From IMG/VR virus record IMGVR_UViG_3300017758_000012, positions 1-53,324 of that record: 53,324 nucleotides of DNA, one strand, 5' to 3'. The notes below the pieces were generated by a model. That model did not search any database and was not told the DNA's origin. It saw only the letters and a list, made by a program, of their open reading frames with translations. The translations under genes were made by a program, and so were the position numbers. The stretch is from a virus. Taxonomy: Duplodnaviria > Caudoviricetes. Below, piece by piece: positions 20,201-29,548 of this stretch; within the stretch, counting starts at the first letter, position 1, and each line of letters opens with the position of its first letter.

Positions 20201-22158
20201 GTAGTTAAAGCATTACTATAACGATTCATCCATAAATCATAATCATTTTTATCATCCTTATTTTTACCCCCAAATTCACTTATACGAAGCATTGTATTAG
20301 GAACTCCCCATATATTAATTAATTGTCTTAATCCAGTAACAGTTCCTTTTCTTTTTACTAAAGAAACCATATTATGAAAAATTCTTTTATAAATTTCTTG
20401 AGCCGTATTATCTAAAGGATAAGGAAAAGAAGGATCTGCTAATGCTATAACATACCCTAAAGTAGATTGTTCTTGATCATAATAATTTATAACTGAACCA
20501 GAAGCTATATCTATGTAACGATCAATATATTCTAAACCTGATCCTGTTGCAGGAAATACTCCTACCCCATTAACATTAAATCCTATAGAATTAAAGTCAT
20601 TACCATATGTTTCAAATCCTAAAGATTCTATTACATCATCAGCCATACCTAAAGGTAAAACTGATCCTGTTAAGCCTGAATTTGTATTTCTAACTTGTTC
20701 GACAGCTTCAGTATAAAGATACATTTCATCAAAAGTTTGACCTGTCATGTTTACAAACTTAACATATTGATCATTACTATTATTATCAGTAATATATGGA
20801 GGAATTAAATAATATAAATAATCTTGATTGTTTTCATCATATCTAGAAGCTGAGTATATTTGGTTTTTTCCTGTATTATAATATAAATTATTTTCATCTG
20901 TACTCCCAAACCAATTTGATACAGCTGAACTTGTTACTGAGTAGTTTTTATAAGGGTATGTTGATGAGTATTTAGGCCATGATTCAGATCCTGTTACATA
21001 ATATAAAAAATATTCATAACTATCAAATTTACTAATAATTTTATTAATATTATTACTAACAGAATTATAACTAGAAGAATAGTTTGGAGTAGTATTTGAT
21101 GCTCCCGTTATGGTTTCAAGATTTGATAATTCTGCTTCATAAGCTTCAATTGAAACCATTTTATCATAAAAATTATTTAATCTTTGTTCGGCAGAAGAAA
21201 ATTTTACAAATTCACTCCAATCTCCCCAATTTTTAGTTAAAAATACACCCTTTTGGTCTTGTAAAGAATTAAATTGATAATAAGATTGAGAACTATTTGT
21301 GTTAACTAAATCTGTTAGTGATTTAAAATTAGTAGAATTATTAACTTTATCTTTAATATCTATATTATAATTAGGACCCTTTAATGAAAGTAAATTATCT
21401 ATAAATTCTAAATTAGGATTAAATTCTACTTCAAAAACCTGAGTTTCTCCTACTTTTGTAATTATTTGAAGTTCTTCTTCTAACTGATATTCTGCAGGGA
21501 GGGGTTGGTATAATTTAATTAAAATAGAAGTTGGGTCTGAAGAGCCCTCAGTTGAAGGTTTTTCTAATTGACTATTTATTCCTATAAAATTTCTGTTCCC
21601 TATAAATGATATATAAAATTCATCAACATTTTGTCTAGCACTTAATTTATTTTGAAAATTATTATAATAAGTTTCTATTTGTTGAGATGTTAAAAAATTA
21701 TTTTGGATTCTTAATTCTGTTCTATCTCCAGAAATATCTTTTATAAAATAGGGATGCTGTTCATAACTTCCATCTTCTTCTATATCTAAAGCTTCAGATC
21801 CTAATTCATAATCTATAAAATTATAAACAGCATAAAACTTACCATTTGAATACCCTTGATTATAAATGTCTTCATTTGGGTGTAATTCAAATTGATTATA
21901 AATTGAAGTAGAAGATGTTGATGTAGAAGTACCTAATTCAGGCAGTAAAAATGATCCATTACCTTTATAGTCTAAATCTGTATATAATATAGTTTTAGTA
22001 TAATCATATATATAAAATTGAGTTTTACTCTCAAACTCAGTAAAAGATCCTGTTAATTCTATTGATGGAACAATAGCATCTAAACTTAATTCAAATCCTT
22101 CTTGAAAAAAGGTTTCGGCATTTAGCTGTGTTAAAGATGAAGAGATTGGTATTGCCAT
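14260..22158 (-). CDS. Very large baseplate wedge/tail protein (2632 aa) with LamG/ConA-like domain
   Basis: KRKGTVTGLRQLINIWG resembles the P2 gpI/T4 gp7-type motif; NDGWWSV...FSGSFQEFRYYRRALS is LamG-like. Confidence 0.7.
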   Translation of the reverse strand: MAIPISSSLTQLNAETFFQEGFELSLDAIVPSIELTGSFTEFESKTQFYIYDYTKTILYTDLDYKGNGSFLLPELGTSTSTSSTSIYNQFELHPNEDIYNQGYSNGKFYAVYNFIDYELGSEALDIEEDGSYEQHPYFIKDISGDRTELRIQNNFLTSQQIETYYNNFQNKLSARQNVDEFYISFIGNRNFIGINSQLEKPSTEGSSDPTSILIKLYQPLPAEYQLEEELQIITKVGETQVFEVEFNPNLEFIDNLLSLKGPNYNIDIKDKVNNSTNFKSLTDLVNTNSSQSYYQFNSLQDQKGVFLTKNWGDWSEFVKFSSAEQRLNNFYDKMVSIEAYEAELSNLETITGASNTTPNYSSSYNSVSNNINKIISKFDSYEYFLYYVTGSESWPKYSSTYPYKNYSVTSSAVSNWFGSTDENNLYYNTGKNQIYSASRYDENNQDYLYYLIPPYITDNNSNDQYVKFVNMTGQTFDEMYLYTEAVEQVRNTNSGLTGSVLPLGMADDVIESLGFETYGNDFNSIGFNVNGVGVFPATGSGLEYIDRYIDIASGSVINYYDQEQSTLGYVIALADPSFPYPLDNTAQEIYKRIFHNMVSLVKRKGTVTGLRQLINIWGVPNTMLRISEFGGKNKDDKNDYDLWMNRYSNALTTYDYKKGALSPSGSIRIPWAPLTGNYYETAAVPDIAVPDCIQFRFKAAEPITATSNFSQSLLVKNSTTSGTYSDFGITLHYSGSQSGSYSGSVLPTTSQYGSLSFRISSSLAGGYRESTPISLPFFNDGWWSVQLQRKTHISASNQNATNNQFELKVANNIYDGYDGNQIGFQGVSTLTTIGNDGVNEAWNRFANDGALPSARGVMLGGYMSATADYNKLIGPTSIVVGSTAGIGLGDSFSGSFQEFRYYRRALSSSQFNDYVMNPESIQGHEDSNTGEGSSYDLLSFRLPLGNELEYTDVTGSAGVSLAAVEDGGAVAIFKFGGTPDIINFPSFGGSALGSLHPSLVNKKGTLYTSSFLYPLAPISNIYNTGSGYTIVYAGSDGTYTTSLTSSYLEPNTQINYMDQPSAGIRNRIKNKIQVIDKNEYSTVLSPFRSIQQEFEQSASYTEDLNSLEVGFSFQNEINDDIIATFGHGVVSDAIADPRFISESSDRYPELTRIANDYFKKYQGITINDPRYTGLPTIIEKEYDYNRLIKFYETSLFKAIKNYVPARTSLSTGIIVKQHLLERNKTDAVIGMHTQTPVAKTPETGSNSFGATTQTGFNSIMSQQNLLITSSIGMHSLTGSAGGSVNKYNTPTSSYTAFTQSYNVLDPFTGDTVTVNTQEEFYDGEFSGSNFEVIPSQYNPYRIFADGNNKNPDANLAYTPPSLNLALPGPYNTTRFPTVPGSNGPATAVPIRATASLVYPSGSKVGAASSDSLLFVNNGFSGTTSNKTIKINDGFGVTRYYVAVQYNDSMQTSLPSPANGKYKFSTATNALSAYSTVTAIGPNPSGTGTETITLTNGTKTIEASVNWAGGVWGNATVTNPDPGNQNLTAWPAVNDNFSGANSGGDQVNFQVTAASVTNGLLQVQCISGTSDSTMASSFFTAVNSAGGHNGSITPQLLTNGSDIYVRLLADNVGAAGNTNITYENNFASNAGGGAGIILASRSTGASPQYLAPTIFQGGVDTPSTTTTYLQNSITDLIPGVQYSIQYTISGIGNDGQGGSNYDIGLSSLSTPGGTANGVGSSIRSTTNGTFTGTWTQAVGQTTAMFFAAIGTYGTLSNILITAPPEILGPKHFFKRDAFTILPTASQLFQASPYNPLLNNVSGSRKNSFLFDQDFDPVSPGFELKEGIPNDYALTISASQLGWEGTATDEDLLEYSEVPDSNYTTKAIINPRYVGCLLESADYNFYTGIPSESLAIGRSTDTGITGLANPPFLLTQNKVQYINGETGSWTGDTSYGKNAVIDRNPINIAHFKSSLESKEYFGTTTFNIDQLIQIPFEEILNEQSPIITSSLINGSNENLVAMSSTFMPGREATIVYNQSNKTFNNVGGTILSYTNLGVGAREINAGGINFIAYHSNQVNLDNISPIQYYNLPIWYDYDVAKDFSNLSNLVTVNNPNIEITPASQSLLLSASYMGFGVNNTAYTISQSSVLNASNINKVYSSGSIIYSPSTQEFYSESPQPILLYTSSLLDENGKSQGILNLRGPNPGQLPSSVFNDNTNTSLINTFSINGPSLMMFNSWNKLIRLGDIYPLGSSTTTSSVSISRMGASGNRGMYINPIIASSGNILLSFGPFSTPRNGSLPLLNLNEKENPNNYYRWNISGSLLPEYRVTNNQILDIEVGDEIRVSYSYFVDPANPSILGKQDQDFTVLGYNMMPPNIWTTNSNFKASATVKFEIQSTIVESYNTGITPTRVTSQGPLPSDGYFSFTELWKRYRSAFNNNVTFNFQSYDENEDYMYTSGSLTALNTHSVVDGTGIIGITASLFNRTNVTNVNPADVCWNMSTNYILNLSSSIETNELSSNFTGSVLYNSCSLSPMLISNQDQTSKTAFAPLDPGFLFDRLVVTPNPNDLENKIPEGKIYAMTLRKRVEADDRVILNANQPSGSAGALTLSGDGYLIPNDLTEVQQRNVQKIINKLKSENVFTQDSPDNLGGSNA

Positions 22159-22169
22159 TTATATTTATT

Positions 22170-22598
22170 TTATCTTATTCTTGAATCATTAGATACTTCT
22201 GGTGTATTATTTAAATTATCTCTACCTGTCCCTGAAAATGTTTGGTCATCAGGATTAATAGCATTATCTAGATTAGTTGCATCTTTAATTAATTGTAAAT
22301 TTTCAGCTCTTAATTCATCAATTTCATCTAATAAAGCTTGTATTTCATCACTAATGGTTGCAAAATCAGCATATTCAGCACTAGTTTTTGCAAGATACTG
22401 ATGAGATTCTATTTCTCCAAGCTTAGGTATAATGTAAAAGAATTTTTCATAAAGATACCAAAAGTCATCTAAATTAGCTAGATCTCTATCAAAAAAAGAA
22501 GGATTTGGAGTATCTATTAACTGAGAAAAACTAGTATCTATAGTTTCATTAAATTTATCTCTATCAAATCTTTGGGCCTTTAATGTTATTTTTTTCAT
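22170..22598 (-). CDS. Hypothetical structural-module protein
   Basis: 142-aa ORF, C-terminal coiled coil, translationally coupled. Confidence 0.65.
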   Translation of the reverse strand: MKKITLKAQRFDRDKFNETIDTSFSQLIDTPNPSFFDRDLANLDDFWYLYEKFFYIIPKLGEIESHQYLAKTSAEYADFATISDEIQALLDEIDELRAENLQLIKDATNLDNAINPDDQTFSGTGRDNLNNTPEVSNDSRIR

Positions 22599-24046
22599 TA
22601 TCCATTTATTACTTTAAACATTATATCTTCATCAAATACCTTAGTAGTACCATTAATTTTAGTTTTTAATAAAACAGTATAATATCTTTCTGGTTCTAAC
22701 CCTCCCATATAGATGTCAAAATAACTTGAAGTTGTATCTGCACTTACTTTAGTGTATTCACTATCAAAATTTATTACATATTCATTAGTTTCTGAATCTT
22801 TTATAGCATATTGAGCTTGTTTTGGTAAATAATAATTAGTTAAATAACCAGAAGCTGTTTGAAATATTTTTTTAGGGTATTGAGGTACTGCTGCTATTCT
22901 AAACCTTTGTACACTTTGTGGATAATAAACTCCATCATTATTATATGAAGATATAAATGCTTCTGGTTGGTATAATGTTTGCATTTGGGATGATGTACCA
23001 TAGAAAAAGTCATCAAATTTTATTTCTAATGTAGGTGGATAAATTGTATTAGTATCTACAGAATAAAATTTAAAAGTTGAGGCTTCTGATTGTGAAGGAA
23101 TTAATTCAACTGATGAGGTTTGTTTTATTATAAACCCCTCATTAGGTATATCTCCACCTAATCCCTCAGATTGACTAAACCAAACATCTACAGCAAAGGT
23201 TACATCTACATCTAAATCTATAGAATCAGCATACGTAAAAGTTTGAGAAGAGGTTATCGCTTTAGCAGTAGAAGATCCAGTATACCATGTTCCTCCTCCA
23301 GTAGTTGTACCTTGATTTTGAGAATAAGATCCTGTAGTTCTAATTGTATTAAATGTTCCATCATTCCAATTAATACCTGTTTTTCTTTCCCCCCAATTAC
23401 ATCCATCTTGTGTAACAGGTGAATCTCCAAATTTTCCTGTTCCCATATCCCAACTTTGAGAAACGGGATAAACCTTTAAGTATGATGTTGAATTTAAGTT
23501 TGTGACTACAGCAGCATAGTTTTTTAAATCAGCTCCCCATTTTCTTTTTTTAAAATCAACACTACTTAAAGTTATTGAACCTGTAGTTTGGGAAACTCTA
23601 CCATTAGTGGAAAAAGATTGGGATAAATTTGTTGTTAATAATATATCACCTGCTTTATAATTTTTACCTCTATTAGTAAGTATAATACTTGATATAGTAT
23701 TTCCAGATATTGTTATATCTCCAAATGCCCCAACTCCTGTTCCTGTAGAACTAGTAAAGGGTACATTTAAATAAGTTCTATCAACTAAATCTGTAGGGTT
23801 TATAGTAATAGGAGATGCTAATGCATTGCCTACTATTAAATAACTTATACGTGATCCTGATATATAACTAGTAAATGCACTGTTTATTTCGTCTTGTGAA
23901 AATTTTATTAAATATCTACTAGTTTGTGCTGAATCATCTAATAAATAAGTTGATGCTTCTAATATCTCATCTAACCCTGTATTCATATTAGTATTTTGGG
24001 TATATAAGGTAGCGTCTTTTTCAGGAAATAATTTATAAATTGCCAT
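22598..24046 (-). CDS. Putative virion structural protein
   Basis: S/T/G-rich, beta-rich sequence within the baseplate operon. Confidence 0.6.
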   Translation of the reverse strand: MAIYKLFPEKDATLYTQNTNMNTGLDEILEASTYLLDDSAQTSRYLIKFSQDEINSAFTSYISGSRISYLIVGNALASPITINPTDLVDRTYLNVPFTSSTGTGVGAFGDITISGNTISSIILTNRGKNYKAGDILLTTNLSQSFSTNGRVSQTTGSITLSSVDFKKRKWGADLKNYAAVVTNLNSTSYLKVYPVSQSWDMGTGKFGDSPVTQDGCNWGERKTGINWNDGTFNTIRTTGSYSQNQGTTTGGGTWYTGSSTAKAITSSQTFTYADSIDLDVDVTFAVDVWFSQSEGLGGDIPNEGFIIKQTSSVELIPSQSEASTFKFYSVDTNTIYPPTLEIKFDDFFYGTSSQMQTLYQPEAFISSYNNDGVYYPQSVQRFRIAAVPQYPKKIFQTASGYLTNYYLPKQAQYAIKDSETNEYVINFDSEYTKVSADTTSSYFDIYMGGLEPERYYTVLLKTKINGTTKVFDEDIMFKVING

Positions 24047-24050
24047 TTAA

Positions 24051-24962
24051 TTATATATTAAAGTTTTTCAAATCATTAAGTTTAGGTTTTACATTTTCAG
24101 GAACAATACTTTCATCTATACTATCGGGTATGCCTCCTTCTGCTGGGAGTTGATCTATAGGTGTGCCAACAACTTTTTCAATATCTAAATTTGGATCTGC
24201 TAGTATTTCTAAGTAAGTCCTATCAGGTGTATATTGTTGTAATGTCATTGTTTCCAATGTTCCTCCATCTTCAGAATTTATAGTAGTATCTATAAATTTT
24301 GCTCTTGTAGGATATCTTAAAACTTTATAATCTCCTCCATCTATAAATGAAGATTTTGTTCCATTTGCCTTTGAAGTTCTATTAGGTCCACCTCCTGTTC
24401 CTTGTTTTATTCCTGATTCTGGGTTTTCAACATCTAATGCTGTTACTTTTAATGTATCTGTTAAAGGAGATTCACCGTCTGTAGCCCTTACTATTCCTTC
24501 TTTATTAGTATAAAATGGATTTGAAGGGGTATAAGTTTGTATAAAACCTGATCCATTAGGACCATTATCATTAATAGGACCCCCACTTCCTCCTTGTTTT
24601 ACTCCAGCTGATGTGCTTTCAACATCTAAACCTGATATTTTAGTAGACTGAACTAAATCATTAGTTGAAATATTAGATCTTACTATACCCTCATTATCAG
24701 TAAAATAAGCATTAGTTGAAGTATATCTTTGAACAAAACCAGAATTAGGATCATTAGTTGAACCTCCATCAATTGGTGTTCCATCTAAGGGTTGATTATT
24801 ATTTCCTTTTTCATATTCTGCTTCTAAAGGGGATTGTTTTGGGGGAATTGGTCCTGGATTATTACCTAAATAAGTTCCTGGTGCTGCTACTCCTGTAATA
24901 CCTTGATCTCCTCTAGTTGTTACTTTAAGTGTATCTCTATATCTTTCTAATAAGCTTTTCAT
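24051..24962 (-). CDS. Hypothetical protein with internal tandem repeat
   Basis: SGFVQRYTSTNAYFTDNEGIVR...LDVESTSAGVKQGGSGGP repeated as SGFIQTYTPSNPFYTNKEGIVR...LDVENPESGIKQGTGGGP. Confidence 0.7.
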   Translation of the reverse strand: MKSLLERYRDTLKVTTRGDQGITGVAAPGTYLGNNPGPIPPKQSPLEAEYEKGNNNQPLDGTPIDGGSTNDPNSGFVQRYTSTNAYFTDNEGIVRSNISTNDLVQSTKISGLDVESTSAGVKQGGSGGPINDNGPNGSGFIQTYTPSNPFYTNKEGIVRATDGESPLTDTLKVTALDVENPESGIKQGTGGGPNRTSKANGTKSSFIDGGDYKVLRYPTRAKFIDTTINSEDGGTLETMTLQQYTPDRTYLEILADPNLDIEKVVGTPIDQLPAEGGIPDSIDESIVPENVKPKLNDLKNFNI

Positions 24963-24972
24963 ATTTTTTTAT

Positions 24973-26835
24973 TTATAATGGTACTACTCTTCCTACAATA
25001 TCAGATGTAGGATATTTTAATTCAAAAATCATAGGATCTACTGAAGGATATATAATACCATTATTAGTTGCTGCTGATATATCATATGAATAATCACTAT
25101 ATCCTTTACTTGCTCCTGCTATATTTTTAATAAATACATTAGTTACAGTTTGTACCCCTTCTACTTTATCGATTAATATGCTTAAACTTTTTAATAAAAT
25201 AGGTTGATTTATATTCCAATTATCTATACTAAAATACTCTGTTAAAGAATTTATACAGTTTAAAATTACTTCATTATTATTAAAATTAGGTAATACTATT
25301 ATATCAAATTCACAAGTTATATTAATAATATAAGCATCTTTAATTTTTATAGAATCATTTATCATTCTATATTCAGATAAATAAGTTTTTAAATTTTGTT
25401 TTAAAGTTGAAGAAGCTGTTCTTAATGTTTTATTTGAATTATAAGATAAAACATACATATCTAAAATTGTAGGTAATTCACCTATTCCATATTCTGCTAC
25501 TTTAGTAGGTTGAATAAAAGCTTTTGCTATAGTACCTATATTAGCGGGCATACTTAATGCTCTAATTAAATAATCTTGTTGTGTAACAGTTCTTAGTTGA
25601 TTTTGAAAATTACCTAAAGCATTTTGTCTAATTTCTTCAACTGTATCTGCACCTTGTCCCCCATCTGCTGCTAATATATTATTTGTTGCTAAAGAATTAA
25701 ATATAATATTAGCTAATGGAGTGTTTGTAAGATCTGGGTTTTTAAATACTACTCCTTCATTATTAAAATTAGTTAATGTGCCAGATTCAACATTGGCAGA
25801 TAATCCGCCCCCTGTTAAATATCTTATAGTTAAAGTTGTATTAGCAGGTGCAATACCATAAGTATCAGTAAACATAAAATTTAAAGGAGAATAAGCTGCT
25901 GTTAATTTGTCTTTTGAAAAAGCTAATCCTGTACCCACATTATCAGGGTTTGGAACTAAATCTTCATCATTGTCAGTTACAGTTCCTGCTCCAAAGCCTA
26001 ATTGAAGGGTAGTAGAATTTAAAAATCTTGTTGTAAATCTTCTTTGAACTTGTTTTAAATTTAATAAATTAGGAGCATCATCTTGAATTGCATTTGGATC
26101 TGTATATGAAGCATTTATTTTTGTAGTAAATACAGTATCCTGTGCTAAATTTAATACTTCATGCCATTGGTTTCCATCACTATCAAAACAATCTAAGACA
26201 TTGATAATACTAGAAGCATTTATATTTACTGTTGGGTATTTAGAAGGAGCGTTAAATACACTTTGTATTGAATTAATAGTCCCCGATATTGCTTTTCTCG
26301 TTTTCTTTAGTAAAAATCTTTGGGGTGTATTAGCTGATAAAGAGTAAATAGAAATATCCGTTGGATCTTGAGAGGAAGAAACAGAAAAATCACAAACATC
26401 TTCTGTTATAAAATTAATACTAGCATTTTCATTAGAAGTTAATTGAAAACCACTTGGGATTTTTAAAGCATAATCAAAATCAGGTACAGATGCTCCATTA
26501 ACATCAATTTTATTAGGTAATAATTGATAAATAGCAACATCTACAGTTGCCGCAGTTGTAACTTTAGGTTTAGAACCTAACATATAAGCTAAATCAAATA
26601 AATTTTGTTCTTGTCTAGCATATTGTATAAAAGTTTCTTGTATTTGATTATCTAAATAAAAGGATAAAACATCTCCTACATAAGCAGCCATTTCAATAAA
26701 TAACATTCCTGTTGAATCTGTAGAAAAATCATTATAAGTGTTAGGAAAATATGTTTGCGAATAATTTATAAGAGAATTTCTAAAACTATTAAAATTTCTT
26801 TCAGTATATACTATATTTCTATTTAAATTTGCCAT
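24973..26835 (-). CDS. Baseplate wedge subunit (T4 gp6 / baseplate J-like)
   Basis: AYVGDVLSFYLD, YLTGGG..ANV, GGQGADTVEEIRQNA, QLRTVTQQDY. Confidence 0.9.
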   Translation of the reverse strand: MANLNRNIVYTERNFNSFRNSLINYSQTYFPNTYNDFSTDSTGMLFIEMAAYVGDVLSFYLDNQIQETFIQYARQEQNLFDLAYMLGSKPKVTTAATVDVAIYQLLPNKIDVNGASVPDFDYALKIPSGFQLTSNENASINFITEDVCDFSVSSSQDPTDISIYSLSANTPQRFLLKKTRKAISGTINSIQSVFNAPSKYPTVNINASSIINVLDCFDSDGNQWHEVLNLAQDTVFTTKINASYTDPNAIQDDAPNLLNLKQVQRRFTTRFLNSTTLQLGFGAGTVTDNDEDLVPNPDNVGTGLAFSKDKLTAAYSPLNFMFTDTYGIAPANTTLTIRYLTGGGLSANVESGTLTNFNNEGVVFKNPDLTNTPLANIIFNSLATNNILAADGGQGADTVEEIRQNALGNFQNQLRTVTQQDYLIRALSMPANIGTIAKAFIQPTKVAEYGIGELPTILDMYVLSYNSNKTLRTASSTLKQNLKTYLSEYRMINDSIKIKDAYIINITCEFDIIVLPNFNNNEVILNCINSLTEYFSIDNWNINQPILLKSLSILIDKVEGVQTVTNVFIKNIAGASKGYSDYSYDISAATNNGIIYPSVDPMIFELKYPTSDIVGRVVPL

Positions 26836-27242
26836 TATTGTATTGCTATATTTATTTCATCCTCTACTCCTATATTACTAATTATATAATTTATAAATAG
26901 ATTTATTGTATTTGTATCTGGTTGATTATCAAAATTTATATTTTTTATAGTTATCTCTGGAAATTGTAATGTTACGTTATCTTTAATTCTTGTTGTTATA
27001 GCACTATTAGTTCCATCATTAATTCCTTCCCCTATAAAATCCCTTAAATTTGCACCAAAAAGAGGTTGCATAACTCTTTCACCTTTGTTGGTTAATAACC
27101 AATTAACTAAATTAGTTCTTATTACTTCTTTAGTTGTGTAAGTTGGATTAAACACAGCTCTTCCTGATAGGGGTAAACTAAAGCCTAAGGCAGCACTACC
27201 ACTACTAACTGTTGGAAAAACATTACTTACAATTTGAGCCAT
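26835..27242 (-). CDS. Baseplate wedge subunit, gp25/GPW-like
   Basis: NWLLTNKGERVMQPLFGANL motif. Confidence 0.9.
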   Translation of the reverse strand: MAQIVSNVFPTVSSGSAALGFSLPLSGRAVFNPTYTTKEVIRTNLVNWLLTNKGERVMQPLFGANLRDFIGEGINDGTNSAITTRIKDNVTLQFPEITIKNINFDNQPDTNTINLFINYIISNIGVEDEINIAIQ

Positions 27243-27595
27243 TATTTACTATTCATTAAATTCATTATTTGGTCCATACCCACATTACCTGCAGGAAGAG
27301 AACCATTAGCCATATCCATTCCTGGATTTGGTCTAAAAGTTTGTGCATCATTACTTGTAAAAGAATTTGCAGTTTCTCCTAAAATATTTTTATAAGCATC
27401 TCTTTTATCTTGAGCTGACATTACTGGAGTAGTTGGAGGAGTTTTTGGTGATGATTGAGTAAAAGATTCTACTATAGGAGTCTGTGATACTACCTTTGGG
27501 GATTTTACTGCCTCTAAGAGTATATCTTTTAATTCTTCTTGTATTACTTCTCTAACAGTTTCTTTAAGTACTTTTTTTAATTCTGTTAACTTCAT
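27242..27595 (-). CDS. Hypothetical protein
   Basis: 117 aa; LKKVLKETVREVIQEE start; follows a late-type motif. Confidence 0.7.
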   Translation of the reverse strand: MKLTELKKVLKETVREVIQEELKDILLEAVKSPKVVSQTPIVESFTQSSPKTPPTTPVMSAQDKRDAYKNILGETANSFTSNDAQTFRPNPGMDMANGSLPAGNVGMDQIMNLMNSK

Positions 27596-27640
27596 TGTTA
27601 GTTTTATTATAAATATTAATAATTTATGTTTTTATATCAA

Positions 27641-29548
27641 TTATAATCCAGTAGGTATAGGTAAACTATTTCTACCAAATTCAAAATACCACTTATCAGC
27701 TATTGTTAAACCTCTATTTGCATCTTTTAAATCAAAATAAGTACTTGAATTTGGATTACCCCCACTAGGATACCAAAATGGTAATTCAGAAGCTATTTGG
27801 GCGTTTCCATTATACCATACTATCCCTAGCGTATTTAAAAGTTTTAGAAAAACTTTAGTTTTTGCATATGCTTTTCTTTGTTCAAATGTTAAACCATCTT
27901 CAGCAGTATTAAAATCAGGTGGGAGTAAATTATCAGGTCTTAAATTTACAGTTTCAACAATATTAATTTCAGCATCATAAATAGCTTCCAATTCAGCAGA
28001 TGATATTAATTCTGTAGATGTTCCATTTATATAAATTCCATTAATAATAGGTTGATTATAACCTATTCCCTTAGAATTAAAATATTCTTTTAAAGGATCA
28101 TTAAAACTATAAGGTCTATCTGATAAAAATAAATAATTTGCTACTTCAAAAATAGCTTGCATAAGAGGTTTTCTTTTAGCCATTTCTGGTCTTAAACTTA
28201 TAAATTCACTTCCTATAGTATTATCATTAAATAAATTTTCAGCTGTTGCTGCTAATCTTTCTGAATATGGGTATAATTTATTATTTGAATTGTTAGCAAA
28301 ATCTCCGTCATTTTGCCATCTTTTTTCACTTGAATTATAACTTTTTCCTATATTATCTGCGGCATTTAATAAAGATCGAGCTTGTGCTCTTATTTGTGAT
28401 ATAGCCCCATTTAATAGTTCTTCACTTACAGTTTTAGCATAATCTGCTAAAAATAATTTTTTAATAGTAGAATCTAATACTCTATCACCCTGTTGCCATT
28501 CATATCCTTCATTAGCTACAGCTTGTTCTAAAACAGTTCTTGAATTATCAAATGCTTCCTGAACTAATGTAGGATAATAACCTTTATTAGGTCCTTGATC
28601 TTGTGATAATTCCCAAGCTAATTCATATAATTCTTCAGCTTCTTCTCTACTAGCACCATAAATAGACATTAATATAACAATTTGTCCTTCTTTAAATATA
28701 GCTTTTAAAGGATCTTCTGCTGGTTCTGGGGGTGGGAATATTAAATCTTTAGTATCAATTAACCATTTCATCTCATTAACTAAAACTAAATTTGATGAAG
28801 AAAAAGATTCATCTCCTAATAATGTTTCTACAAGTGCATTTTCATTATAAAATTCTCCATCTATAACAGATTCTTTATTTTGTGCTATTATTTGTTTTTT
28901 ATCAAATGAAAAATCTGTAGATAAAAAATTTAATCTTAAATAATAATCTCCATATAATAATCCTGGGGGAGTTGTTAGTATTTCTTCTAATGCTTCGTTA
29001 GTTAATACTCCTACAAAATTTTCAGTTGTTGCCTCTAAATCTTCAGCTGTAATATTAGGGTCTTTTTCTATACAATCATTTAAAACAACATCAAATTCAT
29101 TTAATTTAGTAATTACTTCTCCAACATCTTTTTTAATTATATCTAAAGCTTCAGGAATTGAATCTAAGGATGCTTTTTCTTTATCTATTAAAGTCCCTAA
29201 ATTATCTAAAGCATCAGAAAAATTATTAAATACATTTAAAGGTAAACCTACACCAGGAGGAACAGATGAGGGTGCTGGGATTTGCTTTATTATAGTTTTT
29301 CCAGTATTTAAAGCTTCAGCTGCTATTTCAGAACCTTTTGCTACTTTATTTAAAGTAGCTATTTTTTGTTCTATTTGTTCTAAAGCACCATTAATTTCAT
29401 TTTTTTGAATTATTAATTTTTTTAATTCATCAGTTGTTGGGCAACCTTCTTTAAATTTATCAATTAATACATCTAGGGATTTGTTAAACTGAAATGTTGC
29501 TCTAGTTATACTAGTTACAATTTTTGATATAAAATCTGCTAAAGCCAT
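27641..29548 (-). CDS. Hypothetical helical protein (structural module)
   Basis: 635-aa ORF coupled to neighbours. Confidence 0.7.
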   Translation of the reverse strand: MALADFISKIVTSITRATFQFNKSLDVLIDKFKEGCPTTDELKKLIIQKNEINGALEQIEQKIATLNKVAKGSEIAAEALNTGKTIIKQIPAPSSVPPGVGLPLNVFNNFSDALDNLGTLIDKEKASLDSIPEALDIIKKDVGEVITKLNEFDVVLNDCIEKDPNITAEDLEATTENFVGVLTNEALEEILTTPPGLLYGDYYLRLNFLSTDFSFDKKQIIAQNKESVIDGEFYNENALVETLLGDESFSSSNLVLVNEMKWLIDTKDLIFPPPEPAEDPLKAIFKEGQIVILMSIYGASREEAEELYELAWELSQDQGPNKGYYPTLVQEAFDNSRTVLEQAVANEGYEWQQGDRVLDSTIKKLFLADYAKTVSEELLNGAISQIRAQARSLLNAADNIGKSYNSSEKRWQNDGDFANNSNNKLYPYSERLAATAENLFNDNTIGSEFISLRPEMAKRKPLMQAIFEVANYLFLSDRPYSFNDPLKEYFNSKGIGYNQPIINGIYINGTSTELISSAELEAIYDAEINIVETVNLRPDNLLPPDFNTAEDGLTFEQRKAYAKTKVFLKLLNTLGIVWYNGNAQIASELPFWYPSGGNPNSSTYFDLKDANRGLTIADKWYFEFGRNSLPIPTGL

